From Azolla caroliniana (taxonomy: Eukaryota > Plantae > Polypodiophyta), in NCBI GenBank assembly GCA_043228905.1, contig JBHGNT010000013.1, forward strand, positions 9,424,001-9,488,000: a DNA stretch of 64,000 nt, written 5' to 3'. Shown here one piece after another: positions 53,378 through 64,000 of the stretch. Numbering within the stretch: the first letter of the stretch is position 1; each line of letters opens with the position of its first letter. The translations under genes and the position numbers were made by a program. A model generated the notes under the pieces. The model saw nothing but the letters and a program-made list of their open reading frames with translations, did not search any database and was not told where the DNA came from.

Positions 53378-56019
53378 TATCTTGCTTATGCGCATACACA
53401 GGTTCTTCTTCATCACGAATGTAGCTTGCACTTCCGCATTGACGGCCTTGTCCCCAACATTCGGTATCAGAGCGTTGGAGGTTGTTCAACCCGCTGCCGG
53501 CCGTCATAGTACACCACACAACATTCCATTTTCGTTTTCTTTGAAGAACACAGAAGGGAGAAGAAGAAAAGAAAAACAAAAAGCTCGCATCTCACTATGT
53601 TAAATCACAAATTGGAGTAAGCCAGTCGGTCGTACTTTGTTCCTGTGGTTGTAACCGCTTTAGGGGAGCTCCTTGTACAACAACCGACCCAATCGTGCTT
53701 CATTCGGTCAAACGGCATCCGAATCGGTCACTGGACGTTATTCACTTGCTTGTTGTAACCACCCGCTGCAGATTGGTCTCCAGGCAACAACCAAATTCGT
53801 GCTTCACTCGACTGATCGACATTCGGGAGGATCAGTTGGATACGTCCCTCTCATCATTGTAGTCATCCGAAGCAGAATCGGCCCAAACAATTGGTTTCTT
53901 GTAATCGGTATCCAACATACAATCGGAAGCTAACCGGGCTCACTCTAACTCAGCAACATTCAGGAAGACCAGCTGGTTCTGTCCCTCAAGTTACCGGAGT
54001 CACTCCGAGCAAGTTCAACAACAAGTATCCGAAACCGAACCAACTCGGGTTCAAGACCGACTAGAACGATATCGGGTGAGCCGACCAGCTACACCCCACT
54101 AAGGTTCGTAGTCAACTCCGAACCGAGTCTTCCCAACCGAAACCAAATCAGATGGCATCCGGCTCATCGGAATTGATTCTAAGGAGGTTCGACGGTTCGA
54201 ACTTCAACTTCTGGAAGGAACAAATGCAAGACTATCTCATAGTCAAGGGTCAGACAGACCCGATTGAAAATGAAAATCCTCTAGAAGCATACAAGGAAAA
54301 CGAGTGGCTAAAGCTGGACAGAATTGTCTGTGCCACGATTCAGATGCACCTATCGGAGTCAGTGTACTTCATAGTGCAATCATGCACGACAGCTTTTGAA
54401 CTTTGGAAAACACTATCGGAAACTTATGAAAAGAAGGTCGCCGCAACGAAGATGTATCTGATCTGGTGTCTCTACAACTTGCGGATGAAAGAATCTGATT
54501 CGGTTCAAGCACACCTCAACGATTACGAAAGCATAAGCTCCCAAATCTCATCTCAAGGGACTGCAATCGAGGATGAACTCTAGAGCAATGATACTCATGA
54601 CTAGCCTCCCCTCTTCATGGGAAACTTTCGTTACAACCGTGTGCAATGCTTCAACAACTGTCATTAAGTACTCCAAAGTCACGAGCGCAATCCTGACTGA
54701 AGCAGCTCGGAGAATGTCTTTCGCCAAAGACTTGGCAGATGAAGCTTACATAGTACAAGGTTCGACCGACCGATCGAACAACTGAGGAAGAAGTTCTTCC
54801 CGACCGCCGAACAATCAGCGAAACCGGAGCAAGTCCCGAGACAACCGAATCTACAACTACTACAAGAAACTGGGACACATCAAAGTCAATTGCCGGGCAC
54901 TCAAAACAAAATCCGACAAAGCTTAGAGAGCAGATCAGAAGAGTAGTCGGCATGAGGAGGTCAACTACGTCGGCTCTTTAGCCAAAATTTTAACGACCGA
55001 CCCGAACATACTGTCCATAGAGAACCCAATCAAATCAGAAGTTCTGCTTACGATTAAGGAATTGAGCACATGGCTCCTACACTTGGGCGCATCGTATCAT
55101 GTGACACCTCACCGATCTCAGTTTCGGCAATACTCGGACCGGCACTCCGACTCGGTTCGAGTCGAAAACTCACAGCACTGTGCTATAATCGGAATTGGCA
55201 CCGTAGAGCTCAATCTTCCGGGTGGCTCTACACTCATACTACACAACGTTTGACACGTTCCTGAGCTTTCAAGACCCTTGATCTCAGTCAGAAAACTTGA
55301 TGAAGAAAGCATCCGTGCCGGGTTCTCATCAGGAAGGTGGACACTCCACAAAGGGAACCTCCTGCTTGCTCGAGGACCAAATGTACATTCCTTGTACCCT
55401 TTATATGTCACACTCAACAAGGGTGACTTGTTTTTGGTTGATATTCCCGTGTCATCGTTATGGCACGGACGACTTGGACACCTCAGCAAGGCCGGCATAA
55501 CGCACCTATCCAGAGCCGGTTACATCCCCGACCTCTCCTTCTCGGATCACCAATTCTGCGAGCATTGCTAGTACGGCAAACAGGTAGCCGCATCACACCC
55601 GACATCAACACCAAGAGAATCGAGCCCACTCGATTTGGTCCACTCGAACGTCTGTGGCCCGATGCCACATCAGTCTCTCAGTGGTGCTTCGTACTTCGTC
55701 AGTTTCATTGACGACTCGACTCAAAAGGTGTGGGCTTACCACATTAGAACCAAAGATCGAGTGTTCTTGATCTTCTCCGAATGGCTTGCAATGGTTGAAA
55801 ATCAGACCGGTCGGAAACTGAAATGTCTCCGAACCGATAACGGACGAGAATTCAAGTCTGAAGAAATCGTCAAATTTTTCTGGGAACGTGCCATTCGACG
55901 TGAATATATGGCACCTTATAGTCCGGAGCAGAACGCATGAATCCGATGATTGAAGAACGCATAGTATCCATGCTCCAACACTCCGGACTGTCGGATGGCT
56001 TCTGGGCGGAGGCTCTACT
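53136..56019 (+). mobile_element. Ty1/Copia element J (same family as H), inserted in RT of I and interrupted in its integrase
   Basis: LTR 53136-53459 homologous to 38056-38360; PBS; gag 54152-; PR/INT highly similar to H. Confidence 0.9.
53336..53376. repeat. (GT)n microsatellite in the LTR of J
   Basis: About 20 GT units at the position where the H LTRs carry (CT)n. Confidence 0.85.
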
Positions 56020-57774
56020 TGTTGAGAAGGAAGCTCAACATGGTATGTGATGCTTATTGGGAAATAAGCTATAGTAGCTATTTAGCTACTTGTGAACATA
56101 AAGGAGAAACAGCTAATTAGCTACTGACAGCTATTTAGCGACTGACAGCTATTTAGCTACATATGTAAGTAACTTATTACTTAGGTAAAAAGTAAGAGAG
56201 TAGGTAAGTAAGAAATATACAGGAAGTAGAACTCTGAGAGAGAGAGTGAGGCTAGAGAGGAAGAACTTAGAGAGTGAGAGTAGAAGAGAGAAACAGACGA
56301 GAGCAAGTAAAGCTCTGCGTGTAATGAAATAGAAGAAGTTTTGGTTGCTACAGAGGTAAGTCTCCTTCCCCCTTCCCTTCTGTGTTTGAGCACCAAACGA
56401 TCCAGCACACCACGATCCGCCGCGCACATAAGAAGAGCCCGAGTGCCTTATTCACGTTTTCTTAACATGGTATCAGAGCGAGTTGCTCATAAAGAAGAGT
56501 ATAGAAGTGCATAGATCTGAGAAAGGTATTTCTCTGTTTGCTGATCTGAATCAGAAAGTTACTTGTTGAAGTAATCGTAGCAGAAACCCTAGTTTGGAAG
56601 AGATAATGGCTGTAGAGAATGCGGGCCAAATAGTTACAGAGAAACTAGATAAAAACAATTTCTCGGCGTGGAAATTTAGAATGACAAATTTCCTGATGGG
56701 GAAAGGATACTAAGATTACATTGAAGGAGACCTAGAAGAGGCTCCGAAGATCCCAGAAGAAAATGCCACAGCAACACAGATTAAACCATTCAAAGATTAG
56801 AATCAAGGGGCAAGGAAGGTAATGCATTGGCTCTCACTTAGCATCTCAGATTCGATGCTTGGTCACATACAGGATGCTATGCTCCCAAAAGAAGCTTGGG
56901 ATAGTTTGGTAAAACTGTTTGCAGTAAACACAAAAGCTAGAAAGCTACAGTTGAAGACTGAGCTAAATACCTTAGAAAAAGGTAAGATGTCAATAAATGA
57001 GTATGCTTTGAAAATAAAGAGCATATGTGAATCACTTGCTTCTATCAATGTAAAGATAGAAGTTGATGATAAGGTAGAAATATGCTTGAGAGGCTTAGGA
57101 CCTCAATACAAAAGCTTTAAAACCTCTATGCTTACAAGGGATTGATGGGATTACGGTCCCTTCGGATGGAATGGTCGGATGTCGGAGATGAATGCCGACG
57201 AGCCCGGTTTCGGTTTCGGAACCGGATGATGAAGACCCCGGCTTCGGAGCCGGATGACGAATGTACCCGGAGAGCGATCCGGATGCAGGGACATATCCGT
57301 GAATATGTTTGCTATGGGCCCCTGAGGCTATAGTTGTAAATAGCCCCAAAGTCATATATGTATAAATATGACTTAGGGCAAACTGTTTTATAGTTGCTAC
57401 TCATTTTTCTGTTTTTCCACTGAAGAGGAGTGAAGAGCGAGCAGCCGTGAGAGAGATAGAGCGTGAGAGAGGAAGAGGTCGACGCCTCTGTGTATTTCCG
57501 CCGCCTGTGGCGAGGACAGCGAGCTCAAGGTCGTCGCCTTGCAGCTCGCCATTGTATACTTCTCTGTGCATAGTTTTGGTTTGGAGTCTTGTACTCCCGT
57601 GGTTTTTCCCATCTAGGGTTTTCCACGTTAATCCCTGTGTATTCGTGTTCTTCCTCTGTGGTTCCTATTTTCTGCTGCATTGATTCGTGCTTACTCGGTT
57701 GTGGCCGAGCGGTGAAGGTTAATCGGAGCGTCGATTTCCTTACAAACTGGTATCAGAGCGAACTACTGCAGAAA

Positions 57775-60213
57775 ATGGAAGGCGGCGGTAGCGGGCAGCC
57801 GGGGATGATGGTGCTGAATGCGCAGAATTACGCCGACTGGAAGATCAAGATGGAGGATCTTCTGATTGTTCGGGACCTGTATGAACCGATTGACAGGTCG
57901 GAAATACCGAAGGGGGTACTTGAGTCGGAATGGAGGCTTCTGAACCGGAAAGCCGTTGCAACCATTCGGCAATACGTCGACGTGAGCGTTCTACAACATG
58001 TGGCGAACGACACCAACGCATATGAGATGTGGCGGAAGCTGTCAGGCCTCTATGAGAGGAAGAATGCGTTGAACCGGACCTCCCTGATGAGGAAGATAGT
58101 GAATCTCAAGTACCGGGACGGCGAGAGTATGGTGGAACACGTAAGCACGTTCATGGGATTCGTGAATCAGCTTGCGGCGATCAAGTTCCCGTTGGAGGAT
58201 GCAATGCAAGCCATCATCCTGATGTGTACATTGCCGGAAAGCTGGGAGAACTTGGTGGTGACTCTCAGCACCTCCTGCACCGAAGATAACTTGTCCTTAC
58301 AAACGGTAAAGACAAGTATTTTGAACGAAGAAGCGCGTCGGAGAGATAAAGAACCGGCCTCCGACTCGAAGGCGCTGCTTACCGAATCGGATCGGGGAAG
58401 ACAATGGAACCGGAGTCCGCAAAGACGGGAGAAGTCGGGGACCCGGTCGCAGTCAAGAGGAAGGCCTACATGCTTCCACTGTGGGAAGCCGGGGCACTTC
58501 CGAAAGAATTGTCGGCATTACCGAAAAGACAACGGAGCCGACGACACCGATTCGAAGAAGTCACCGGAGAGAAACGGTGCATACCGGGGAGCCACGGACC
58601 GGAGAGGTTCGGATCGGCGAGGGCAGGACCGGAAAGGAACAACGGCACTCGCGGCAAGTGAGGAAGAAATCATGCTCATCACTGAAGAAGGTGAACTAAA
58701 CATTGCCGGCGATGAGACGACCTGGGTGGTCGATTCCGGAGCATCGTTCCACCTGACCCCGGAGAGAAGATACTTCTCATCCTACACAGCCGGTGAGCAT
58801 GGTTGTGTTCGAATGGGAAATGAAGGTACGTGCCGGATTGCCGGCATAGGAGACGTGTGGTTGACAACCCCGACCGGATGCAAAATGCTGCTGAAGGATG
58901 TCCGACACGTTCCGGAGGTTCGATTGAACCTGATTTCGGCCGGGAGGCTAGACGATGAAGGCTACACAGGTAGCATCCAGAACGGCGTAATGAAGTTCAG
59001 CAAGGGGAGCCTGATAGTGGCTCGGGCCCGGAAAGACAACACGCTGTACCTGATGAATGCCCGGTTATGTCCGGAAGAGCTGAATGTGGCAGCCGACACT
59101 GCCGGTGAGCTGTGGCACAAAAGACTATGCCACATGAGTGAGAAGGGGATGAAGAGGCTTGCAGAAGACAACCTTATTCCAGTGAAGCATGTGCACCTGG
59201 AGAAGTGCACCGATTGCCTGGCCGGTAAGCAGAACCGAACCTCCTTCCACTCAAGGCCACCGACGAGACGTAGCGCACCATTGGAGTTGGTGCACACTGA
59301 TGTGTGTCAGGTAGAAACGAAGTCACATAGCGGAGCCCAGTACTTCGTAACATTCATTGATGATCACAGCCGGAAGCTGTGGACGGCACCGTTGAAGACA
59401 AAGGACCAAGTGTTGTGCGTCTTCAAAGAACTCCACGCGAGAGTGGAAAGGGAATCTGGCAAGAAGCTGAAAGCGATACGAGCGGATAACGGAGGGGAAT
59501 ACCGGGGGCAGTTCGCGGAGTACTGTCGCTCGAAGGGAATCCGGCTCGAGTTTACTGTGCTGAAGACGCCGGAACTAAACGGGCTGGCCGAGAGGATGAA
59601 CCGGACCATAATGGAGAGGGTCCGGAGTATGCTGGCGCATGCGAAATTACCCAAGGGGTTTTGGGCTGAGGCAATGTCGACGGCGACATACGTGATAAAC
59701 AGATCACCCTCAGTACCTTTGGACGGAGACACGCCGCAGAAAGTGTGGACCGGTAAGGAAGTGTCCTACCGGCATCTGAAGGTGTTCGGGTGTCTCACAT
59801 ACGTGCATGTGGCAAAGGACCGGAGAGGAAAGCTAGACCCAAAGACCCGGCCATGCATATTCCTCGGTTACGGCGATGACGAGTTTGGCTACCGAGTATG
59901 GGACCCGGTCGACAAGAAGATATTCAGGAGTCGAGACATCATCTTCATGGAGGACAAGACACTCGCCGACTGGGAGTCGGAGAAGAAGATGAAGAGCTCC
60001 AAGTCGACCGGTGAGGATCAACTCTACGAGGAGCAGTCCCGACCGGCAAGGGACCGGTTAGCACTCGAGGATCCGGCCGAAGACGGTGAAGAAACAGAAC
60101 CGGCCGAAGAGATGAAAATGATACCGGAACCGGCCCCGATCCCGAAATGGATTCGGATGAAGAAGAATCGGAAGAACCGGTTACCGAAGCTCCGGAACGG
60201 AGATATCCTCTAA
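57775..60213 (+). CDS. Copia L polyprotein, part 1 (gag, zinc knuckle, protease, GAG-pre-integrase, integrase)
   Basis: Likely ATG at 57775 after the PBS; CFHCGKPGHFRKNC, WVVDSGASFH, LWHKRLCH, VHTDVC, RADNGGEY, NGLAER. Confidence 0.88.
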   Translation: MEGGGSGQPGMMVLNAQNYADWKIKMEDLLIVRDLYEPIDRSEIPKGVLESEWRLLNRKAVATIRQYVDVSVLQHVANDTNAYEMWRKLSGLYERKNALNRTSLMRKIVNLKYRDGESMVEHVSTFMGFVNQLAAIKFPLEDAMQAIILMCTLPESWENLVVTLSTSCTEDNLSLQTVKTSILNEEARRRDKEPASDSKALLTESDRGRQWNRSPQRREKSGTRSQSRGRPTCFHCGKPGHFRKNCRHYRKDNGADDTDSKKSPERNGAYRGATDRRGSDRRGQDRKGTTALAASEEEIMLITEEGELNIAGDETTWVVDSGASFHLTPERRYFSSYTAGEHGCVRMGNEGTCRIAGIGDVWLTTPTGCKMLLKDVRHVPEVRLNLISAGRLDDEGYTGSIQNGVMKFSKGSLIVARARKDNTLYLMNARLCPEELNVAADTAGELWHKRLCHMSEKGMKRLAEDNLIPVKHVHLEKCTDCLAGKQNRTSFHSRPPTRRSAPLELVHTDVCQVETKSHSGAQYFVTFIDDHSRKLWTAPLKTKDQVLCVFKELHARVERESGKKLKAIRADNGGEYRGQFAEYCRSKGIRLEFTVLKTPELNGLAERMNRTIMERVRSMLAHAKLPKGFWAEAMSTATYVINRSPSVPLDGDTPQKVWTGKEVSYRHLKVFGCLTYVHVAKDRRGKLDPKTRPCIFLGYGDDEFGYRVWDPVDKKIFRSRDIIFMEDKTLADWESEKKMKSSKSTGEDQLYEEQSRPARDRLALEDPAEDGEETEPAEEMKMIPEPAPIPKWIRMKKNRKNRLPKLRNGDIL

Positions 60214-61847
60214 GAGAGAGAAGGGCCCCCCGGAGATTTCCGGAACCAGAGCACGTGCTGCTAACCGACGAGGGGGAGCCGGAGAGCTTTGAAGAAGCAA
60301 AACATGACACCCAGAGCCGCAGGTGGTTGAGTGCCATGCAGGACGAGATGGATTCCCTGCATGAGAACCACACATATGAACTTGTGGAGTTGCCGAAAGG
60401 AAAGCGGGCACTTCGAAACAAGTGGGTGTTCAAGCTGAAACCGGGAGATGCCGGAAACCCCCCGAGATACAAAGCCAGGATCGTGGTGAAGGGGTTTCAG
60501 CAGAAGAAGGGCGTCGACTTCGACGAGATATTTGCCCCGGTAGTGAAGATGACCTCCATCCGGACGGTGCTGAGCATAGCGGCAAGCATGGACCTCGAGG
60601 TAGAACAGATGGACGTGAAGACGGCATTCCTTCACGGTGACCTCGATGAAGAGATCTACATGCAGCAACCGGAAGGATTCGAGAAGAAAGCGAAGGAGCA
60701 CCTGGTATGCCGGTTGAAGAAGAGCCTTTACGGACTGAAGCAGGCTCCCCGGCAATGGTACCGGAAGTTCGACTCCTTCATGACCGACGAAGGGTACCTC
60801 AAAACGCAGTCCGACCACTGCGTGTTTGTGAAGAAGTTCGAAGGAGGAGACTTTCTAATACTCCTCCTGTACGTGGACGACATGTTGATCGTCGGACGGG
60901 ACCAGGTCAAGATACGGATGCTGAAGAAGGCTCTTCACCGAACCTTCTCAATGAAGGACCTGGGTCCGGCGAGGCAAATACTAGGGATGCACATCATCCG
61001 GGACCGGAAGAAGAAGCAGTTGTGGCTGTCACAGGAGAAGTACGTGACGAAGGTGCTTCACCGGTTCAACATGTCGGAAGCAAGACCGGTCGGGTCAACA
61101 CTCCCGACAAACTGCAAGCAGTCCAGCAAGCAAAGCCCCAAGACAAAGGCTGAGAAGGAGGACATGATGAAAGTACCATATGCCTCTGCCGTCGGGAGCT
61201 TGATGTACGCAATGGTGTGTACCCGACCGGACATCGGATATGCAGTCGGAGTGGTGAGCCGGTACATGAGCAATCCCGGCAAAGAGCATTGGAACGCGGT
61301 CAAGTGGATACTCCGATACCTGAAGGGCACGGCAAACGTGTGCCTCCGATTCGGCTCCGGTAAGCCCGAACTCGACAGCTTCACCGATTCGGATATGTCG
61401 GCTGATGCAGATACCAGCCGGTCCACATCAGGGTATGTGATGACGTATGCAGGGGGAGCTGTTTCATGGCAGTCTAGGCTGCAGAAGACGGTTGCGTTGT
61501 CAACCACGGAGGCGGAGTACATGGCGGCTGTTGAAGCCGGCAAGGAAATAATATGGATGAAGGACTTCATTAGAGAGTTCGGTATCCGGCAGGAGGAGTA
61601 CCGACTCTACTGCGACAGTCAGAGTGCAATCCACCTTGCGAAGAACGCGGCCTATCACTCCCGGACGAAGCACATCCAGCGAAGATATCACTGGATCCGG
61701 GAAAGGATAGAAGACAAGGAGTTCGTGCTGACAAAGATCCACACAGACGAGAACGGGTCGGATATGCTGACCAAGGTGCTCACACCCGACAAGCTGGAAG
61801 CATGCCGGAAGAGGATCGGATTGGAAAGACATCCCATGCCGAAGTGA
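60147..61847 (+). CDS. Copia L polyprotein, part 2 (RT and RNase H), offset by one frameshift
   Basis: KARIVVKGF, QMDVKTAFLHG, LYGLKQAPR, YVDDML, TDSD, STTEAEY, KHIQRRYHWIR. Confidence 0.88.
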   Translation: MDSDEEESEEPVTEAPERRYPLRERRAPRRFPEPEHVLLTDEGEPESFEEAKHDTQSRRWLSAMQDEMDSLHENHTYELVELPKGKRALRNKWVFKLKPGDAGNPPRYKARIVVKGFQQKKGVDFDEIFAPVVKMTSIRTVLSIAASMDLEVEQMDVKTAFLHGDLDEEIYMQQPEGFEKKAKEHLVCRLKKSLYGLKQAPRQWYRKFDSFMTDEGYLKTQSDHCVFVKKFEGGDFLILLLYVDDMLIVGRDQVKIRMLKKALHRTFSMKDLGPARQILGMHIIRDRKKKQLWLSQEKYVTKVLHRFNMSEARPVGSTLPTNCKQSSKQSPKTKAEKEDMMKVPYASAVGSLMYAMVCTRPDIGYAVGVVSRYMSNPGKEHWNAVKWILRYLKGTANVCLRFGSGKPELDSFTDSDMSADADTSRSTSGYVMTYAGGAVSWQSRLQKTVALSTTEAEYMAAVEAGKEIIWMKDFIREFGIRQEEYRLYCDSQSAIHLAKNAAYHSRTKHIQRRYHWIRERIEDKEFVLTKIHTDENGSDMLTKVLTPDKLEACRKRIGLERHPMPK

Positions 61848-62575
61848 AGGGGGAGTTTGATGGGATTACGGTCCCTTCGGATGGAATGGTCGGATGTCGG
61901 AGATGAATGCCGACGAGCCCGGTTTCGGTTTCGGAACCGGATGATGAAGACCCCGGCTTCGGAGCCGGATGACGAATGTACCCGGAGAGCGATCCGGATG
62001 CAGGGACATATCCGTGAATATGTTTGTTATGGGCCCCTGAGGCTATAGTTGTAAATAGCCCCAAAGTCATATATGTATAAATATGACTTAGGGCAAACTG
62101 TTTTATAGTTGCTACTCATTTTTCTGTTTTTCCACTGAAGAGGAGTGAAGAGCGAGCAGCCGTGAGAGAGATAGAGCGTGAGAGAGGAAGAGGTCGACGC
62201 CTCTGTGTATTTCCGCCGCCTGTGGCGAGGACAGCGAGCTCAAGGTCGTCGCCTTGCAGCTCGCCATTGTATACTTCTCTGTGCATAGTTTTGGTTTGGA
62301 GTCTTGTACTCCCGTGGTTTTTCCCGTCTAGGGTTTTCCACGTTAATCCCTGTGTATTCGTGTTCTTCCTCTGTGGTTCCTATTTTCTGCTGCATTGATT
62401 CGTGCTTACTCGGTTGTGGCCGAGCGGTGAAGGTTAATCGAAGCGTCGATTTCCTTACAGGGATAGTATCCCAAGTTTTCCAGATCTAGTTTCAATGCAT
62501 GTAGTAGAAGAAAGGAATAAGATGGATGATGTAAATAAAGGAAATCTTGAGAATGAGGGGCAAGCCCTATATAAT

Positions 62576-64000
62576 TGTTGGGAGACAGGTCCCTCCGGAT
62601 GGTGCAGACCCGGTGAAGACCGGATGAGGAGTACTCGGCTACGGAGAGCTGGATGGTGCAGACCCGGTGAAGACCGGATGAGGAGTACCCGGCTACGGAG
62701 AGCCGGATGGTGCAGACCCGGTGAAGACCGGATGAGGAGTACCCGGCTACGGAGAGCCGGATGGTGCAGACCCGGTCAAGACCGGATGAAGAGACATATT
62801 CGTAAATATGTTTCTGAGAGCCCATCATGGCTATATTTGTAAATAGCCGAAAAGTCATATTAGTATAAATATGACTTAGGGCAAACTTTTAGGTTACTGT
62901 TGTTGTTGTTGTCATTTCTTGTTGGTGCAAGAAAAGAGAGAGCGCGTAACAATGCACAGAGAGAGAGAGAGAGAAAGAGGTCGTTGCCTCTGTTGTAACC
63001 ACCGCCTGTGGCGAGGATCGTGAGCACGAGGTCGTTGCCTCCGTGAACTCACTGTTGTACATTCTAACATAGTGATAGTTTGCAGCCTGTGGGCTGCCGT
63101 GGTTTTTCCCTTAGTTTGGGTTTTCCACGTAAACATCCTGCGTTTTTTTTTTCTCTTCTATGTGTCGTGCATTCATTCCCGTTTTCTGTGTATGATTCTA
63201 AGCTCGGTTGTGGCCGAGCATTGCGCATAAGGAGCGTTGAGTTCCCGTCAAGTGGTATCAGAGCGAGACGACACAGAAAATGGACGAATCATTTGGCGGC
63301 ATGTTCAAGCTCACCGGCTCCAACTATTCAGTGTGGAAGTCGAAGATGAGGGACATGCTCGTGGTTAAAGACCTTTGGCTGCCGGTTCAGTTCGGGGACA
63401 AGAGACCGGACAAAATCGACGCCGCGATATGGGAGGTGATGCACATGAAGACAACGGCGTACATACGGTGCTTCATCGACATGAGCCTGTACAACAACTT
63501 CAATGAAGAGAGCAAGGCTCATGAGCTTTGGGAGAAGATCGACATAATGTTTCAAAACAAAAATGTTGTTAATCAGGTTTCAGTATTCCGGAAGCTAGTA
63601 AGACTCCGATACCAAGATGGCTCCAGCATGGCGGAGCACATGAATGCCTTCCAAGGGCTGATACACCAGTCAACTTCATTAGAAGTACCTCTCGCCGACG
63701 AGGTACTAGCACTACTCCTACTCGGTTCCCTCCCGGATAGCTGGGAGACGTTGGTTGTCACTTTGGGCAACGCCGGGCCAGAAGGAAAGCGGTTATCCCT
63801 AGCAAGAGTAAAGTCGAGCTTGCTAGATGAGGAGGCACGTAGGAAAGACAAAGATACGAGCTCCGACTCCAAAGCGCTCCTTACCGAATCGGAACGCGGA
63901 AGACATAGAAACTGTAGTCCCCAGAACCGGGAGAAGTCGGGGACACGGTCAAAGTCAAGGGGGAGGCCCACTTGCTTCTATTGCGGCAAGCCGAGACACT
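62576..64000 (+). mobile_element. Ty1/Copia element M (5' LTR, PBS, open gag), running off the window
   Basis: LTR 62576-63250 with about 3.6 copies of the 54-bp repeat; PBS tggtatcagagcg at 63253; gag related to L. Confidence 0.9.
63280..64000 (+). CDS. Copia M gag (partial, open to window end)
   Basis: ATG at 63280, MDESFGGMFKLTGSNYSVWKSKM..LPDSWETLVVTL..RGRPTCFYCGKP, homologous to L gag. Confidence 0.8.
   Translation, partial: MDESFGGMFKLTGSNYSVWKSKMRDMLVVKDLWLPVQFGDKRPDKIDAAIWEVMHMKTTAYIRCFIDMSLYNNFNEESKAHELWEKIDIMFQNKNVVNQVSVFRKLVRLRYQDGSSMAEHMNAFQGLIHQSTSLEVPLADEVLALLLLGSLPDSWETLVVTLGNAGPEGKRLSLARVKSSLLDEEARRKDKDTSSDSKALLTESERGRHRNCSPQNREKSGTRSKSRGRPTCFYCGKPRH

Larger units (their letters stand above)
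57143..62459 (+). mobile_element. Young, nearly intact Ty1/Copia element L
   Basis: 602-bp LTRs 57143-57744 and 61858-62459 with about 3 mismatches seen; TSD GGGAT; PBS at 57748; PPT gaagggggag at 61846-61855. Confidence 0.97.
56020..62575 (+). mobile_element. Ty1/Copia element K (5' LTR and gag), inserted in J and split by elements L and M
   Basis: LTR 56020-56467 (TGTTG..TAACA), PBS at 56468, gag 56606-57142 (EKLDKNNFSAWK..ARKLQLK) resuming at 62465-62575. Confidence 0.85.

Noticed and set aside
57589-57774. Upstream extension of the Copia L ORF
   Set aside because: It lies in the LTR/PBS region; the likely start is ATG 57775.

Overview
Land-plant nuclear DNA, probably a seed-free plant such as a fern (inferred from the TE lineages). 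It holds one host gene, gamma-tubulin complex component 3 (GCP3, 32533-35356, 2 exons), between two deep nests of transposons. The left nest (1-31668) has a Ty1/Copia host carrying three tRNA-Trp-primed Ty3/Gypsy elements with TGTCGT..(A/G)CGACA termini, two solo LTRs, and a degenerate two-gene DNA transposon whose introns contain a palindromic AGCTAATTAGCT satellite. The right side (36500-64000) has a LINE relic, a full-length degenerate Copia, and a nest of five Copia elements (four levels deep) that includes a nearly intact young element (57143-62459). Main observations: (1) a slippery heptamer plus H-type pseudoknot predicting -1 ribosomal frameshifting between protease and RT in the Gypsy element; (2) apparent NCGN (CpG-centred, about 4-bp) target sites for this Gypsy lineage; (3) a DNA transposon with a RING-finger second gene and intronic satellites. 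No prokaryotic-type system (e.g. CRISPR) is supported. All coordinates and counts were read by eye.
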